DNA of 64,000 nt from the NCBI GenBank assembly GCA_045533905.1, contig JAZSIR010000016.1, forward strand, positions 32,001 to 96,000, in the 5' to 3' direction. Under the pieces are notes generated by a model. The model was not told where the DNA came from, did not search any database, and worked only from the letters and a program-made list of their open reading frames with translations. The translations under genes and the position numbers were made by a program. This document shows positions 61,267 to 64,000 of the stretch, piece after piece. Source of the stretch: Clostridia bacterium (lineage in GTDB: Bacteria > Bacillota > Clostridia > UMGS1883 > UMGS1540). Each line of letters starts with the position of its first letter. Positions within the stretch are counted from its first letter, which is position 1.

Positions 61267-62637
61267 TTAACATTTTACTTGAAAGAGTGCTTCGCGCATA
61301 ATTTCGCAAACGGTGGGATGCGGGAATACAAACTCTTTAATATCGTCAATTTTCCATTGCGATTCAATCATCATAACAGCGGCAATGATGAACTCGGAAG
61401 CGTAGTTCGAAAGAACGTGACAGCCGAGCACGCGGCGGTACTTCTTGTCAACAACCAGCTTAATAATGCCGTTGCCGCCTTCGTTTTCCGCTACATAGCG
61501 GCCGCTGTATGCCATGGGAAGCTTTACAACTTCGATGTCGTAGCCCTTTTCACGTGCGGTACGCTCTGTTTCGCCGCAGCTGCCAACTTCGGGGTTGGTG
61601 TAGATAACTGCAGGAATTGCATCGTAGCGCATAATGTCCTTTTTGCCGATAATGTTGTTTATGGCAACTTCGGCTTCGCGGTAGGCCGTATGTGCAAGCA
61701 TGGACTTTCCGTTTACGTCACCGGCGGCATATACGCCCGGTACGTTTGTTTTCATGTGGCGGTCTGTTACAATCGCGCCGCGATTTACTTCCACGCCAAT
61801 CGCTTCAAGGCCGATATCCTGCGAAACGGCACGTCTGCCGATAGAAAGGAGAACTTTGTCAGCAGGCACGCTTTCCGTTTTGCCGTCCTTTTCAAAGACA
61901 ACCGCGTCCTTCTTCACTTCCGTTACTTTTGCGCCAAGGTGGAAGGTGATGCCCTTCGCCTTGTAGTTCTTGAGAAGAATTTCGCTGATTTCTTCGTCCG
62001 TGGGACCTGCAATCTTCGGCATCATTTCGATAACCGTTACGTTTGCGCCTACGGAGTTATAGTAGGAAGCCATTTCAAGACCGATAACGCCGCCGCCTAC
62101 AACTACGAGGTTCTTCGGAATTTCTGTAAGGTCGAGTACTTCGCGGTTTGTAAGCACGAGCCCGCTTTCCACACCTTCGCGCACACCCGGAATCGGGGGC
62201 ACAACGGGCGCAGAGCCGGTGGCGATGATGAGGTGCTTACCTGTGTAAACCTTGCCGTCGGCTTCTACAGTATAGCCTTCCGCGCTGCGGCCTGTGATTT
62301 TGCCAACCGCCTTCACAGTTTCTACCTTGTGAGATTTCAGCGTCATTTCGATGCCGGAAACAAGCGTGTTTACAACCTTGTTCTTTCTTTCGATAACCTT
62401 TTTCTGGTCAATCGAAGCGCTCTGTACGGTTACGCCGTACTTTTCGCCGTGGTTTGCATAGTCGAAAACCTTAGCGGAGTAGAGGAGCGATTTCGAAGGC
62501 ACACAGCCTTCGTTGAGGCATACGCCGCCAAACGCTCTCTTTTCAATTACAAGTGCGGAAAGACCTGCCTGACCGGCACGTTCGCCGGCAAGATATCCGG
62601 CAGGGCCGCCGCCGAGAACTATCAAATCATAAACCAT
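61267..62637 (-). CDS. lpdA: Dihydrolipoyl dehydrogenase (E3)
   Basis: GGGPAGY, redox [20 protein letters not shown]; start at MVYDL after AGGAGG. Confidence 0.95.
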   Translation of the reverse strand: MVYDLIVLGGGPAGYLAGERAGQAGLSALVIEKRAFGGVCLNEGCVPSKSLLYSAKVFDYANHGEKYGVTVQSASIDQKKVIERKNKVVNTLVSGIEMTLKSHKVETVKAVGKITGRSAEGYTVEADGKVYTGKHLIIATGSAPVVPPIPGVREGVESGLVLTNREVLDLTEIPKNLVVVGGGVIGLEMASYYNSVGANVTVIEMMPKIAGPTDEEISEILLKNYKAKGITFHLGAKVTEVKKDAVVFEKDGKTESVPADKVLLSIGRRAVSQDIGLEAIGVEVNRGAIVTDRHMKTNVPGVYAAGDVNGKSMLAHTAYREAEVAINNIIGKKDIMRYDAIPAVIYTNPEVGSCGETERTAREKGYDIEVVKLPMAYSGRYVAENEGGNGIIKLVVDKKYRRVLGCHVLSNYASEFIIAAVMMIESQWKIDDIKEFVFPHPTVCEIMREALFQVKC

Positions 62638-62650
62638 TTTCTCAATCCTC

Positions 62651-64000
62651 CTATTTCGCAAGCAGAATGCTGAAGTTTTCGAGAACACTCGTCAGCTCCT
62701 GGAGGAAGCGTGCGGCGGGTGCACCGTCTACTGCGCGATGGTCGAAGGTGAGGGAGAGACCCATCTTCTTGTACGGAACAAGCTCGCCACCGACTTCGCG
62801 AACACCTGTGGTAATCGTGTCCACACCCAAAATACCGGTCTGGGGCGGGTTGATTACAGGCGTGAAGGATTCAATGCCCATAGAGCCGAGGTTTGTAATG
62901 GTGAAGGTACCGCCCGAAAGAAGGTCGGGGCTGATGGTGCCTGCCTGGCAAGCCTTTGCAAGCTCTTTGCTCTTTACGGAGATTTCGTTAAGGCTCATCT
63001 TGTCTGCGCCGAAGAGCGTCGGAACCATAAGACCGCGCGGTGTGTCAACAGCCATACCGAGGTTTACGGTGTTAAAGTAACGCATGGTGTCGCCCATAAA
63101 GTGTGCGTTGAGGTCCTTGTGATTCTTCAGTACGCGCGATGCGGCGTAGAGAATGATATCGTTGAGTGTAATGTTGGCAAGACCGAGTTTTTCCATGTTG
63201 TTCTTAACTTTTGCGCGGTATGCCATAATTTCAGCAGCATCGAAGGAGCTGTTTAATGTAAGCTGTGCCATTTCCGAAAGGGAAGCGTGCATCGAGCGTG
63301 CAATCACCTTGCGGATGTTCGGGAGCTTCACATCTTCGAATTCTGCCACAGGAGCCTTCGGGGCCTCGGGTGCGGCAGCCTTCACTTCTTCTGCTGCCGG
63401 TGCGGCTGCAAGGTCTTCTACGCGAACTCTGCCGCCAATGCCTGTGCCTACCATGCCGGGCTTAAAGTCAGCAGCGGCTGCAGAAAGGAAGCCCTGGCCG
63501 CTTTCAATAAGAGCCTGCACGTCGCGTTCGATAATGCGGCCGTTCGGGCCTGTGGGGGTTGCCATAGAAGCGTCTACACCGCGGCGCTCGGCAAGTCCGC
63601 GCGCACGGGGAGAAATCTTGTTGGCACTGCCGGCTGTGGCAGTAGCAGCTACAGGAGCAGCGGCTACCGGTGCAGCCTTCACGGCTTCAGCAACAGGTGC
63701 TGCTGCGGCTTCGCCAGCGCCGGGGCGAAGTTCTGCCGTTGTATTGCCTTCTTTGCCGATGGCGCATACGTTTGTAAGGCAGGGAACATCGTCACCCTCT
63801 TCAAAGAATACGTCAAGGAGAATACCTTCCACTTTGGATTCCTCATCAAAGGTGGCCTTGTCGGTTTCATATGTAAATAATGCGTCGCCAACGGCTACTT
63901 TGTCGCCCTTTTTCTTGTGCCACTTTGCGATAATGCAGCTTTCAACGCTCTGGCCCTGCTTCGGCATAATAACGGGTGTAGCCGTATTTTCCGTAATTAC
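62651..64000 (-). CDS. Dihydrolipoamide acyltransferase (E2), N-terminus possibly beyond the right edge
   Basis: Lipoyl motif ETDKA, Ala/Pro linker, E3-binding SPRAR..A...TGPNGRI, catalytic DHRAVDG; frame is open to base 64000. Confidence 0.92.
   Translation of the reverse strand, partial: VITENTATPVIMPKQGQSVESCIIAKWHKKKGDKVAVGDALFTYETDKATFDEESKVEGILLDVFFEEGDDVPCLTNVCAIGKEGNTTAELRPGAGEAAAAPVAEAVKAAPVAAAPVAATATAGSANKISPRARGLAERRGVDASMATPTGPNGRIIERDVQALIESGQGFLSAAAADFKPGMVGTGIGGRVRVEDLAAAPAAEEVKAAAPEAPKAPVAEFEDVKLPNIRKVIARSMHASLSEMAQLTLNSSFDAAEIMAYRAKVKNNMEKLGLANITLNDIILYAASRVLKNHKDLNAHFMGDTMRYFNTVNLGMAVDTPRGLMVPTLFGADKMSLNEISVKSKELAKACQAGTISPDLLSGGTFTITNLGSMGIESFTPVINPPQTGILGVDTITTGVREVGGELVPYKKMGLSLTFDHRAVDGAPAARFLQELTSVLENFSILLAK

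Noticed and set aside
59682-62673. 539-aa and 473-aa plus-strand ORFs opposite E1 and E3
   Set aside because: Antisense shadows of strongly codon-biased genes.
1-64000. tRNA, rRNA, tmRNA, IS elements, integrases, prophage or defence genes
   Set aside because: None recognised; the window is almost fully tiled by housekeeping CDSs with short spacers and no obvious compositional island.

Overview
Gene-dense, roughly 50% GC chromosomal core region of a spore-forming Clostridia-class Firmicute (probably Oscillospirales/Monoglobales-like; the taxon is an inference). Contents in order: truncated topA, uvrC, HPr, rpmF, an AEC permease-purE-purF-purM operon, pdaB-like deacetylase, an orphan sugar-binding lipoprotein, intact pro-sigK, an ABC exporter, mutY-alkyltransferase, rpoB-rpoC, the L7Ae-rpsL-rpsG-fusA-tuf (str) operon, dCMP deaminase, a polar amino-acid ABC system, tmcAL, metY, a secreted deacetylase with five 34-aa repeats, fused feoAB, DUF3343-cysteine desulfurase-ylmC, recJ-relA-MBL-hemZ-galT-galK-phosphatase-rnmV, metA-hypothetical-pth-mfd, prsA-yebC, a lysine riboswitch with an NhaC/LysW-type transporter, and an E2-E3-fused-E1 2-oxoacid dehydrogenase cluster cut by the right edge. 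I saw no rRNA, tRNA, CRISPR array, IS, prophage or defence island. The best leads are small: (i) sporulation promoters buried in inverted repeats, one of which would hide the sigK ribosome-binding site in read-through RNA; (ii) a YAxDGR...VGW tandem repeat module I cannot name; (iii) a fused-E1 dehydrogenase complex of unknown substrate; (iv) a possible S7-binding 16S rRNA mimic between rpsL and rpsG; (v) a perfect 18-bp operator-like palindrome. All calls are from reading the sequence by eye; no database search or folding was run.
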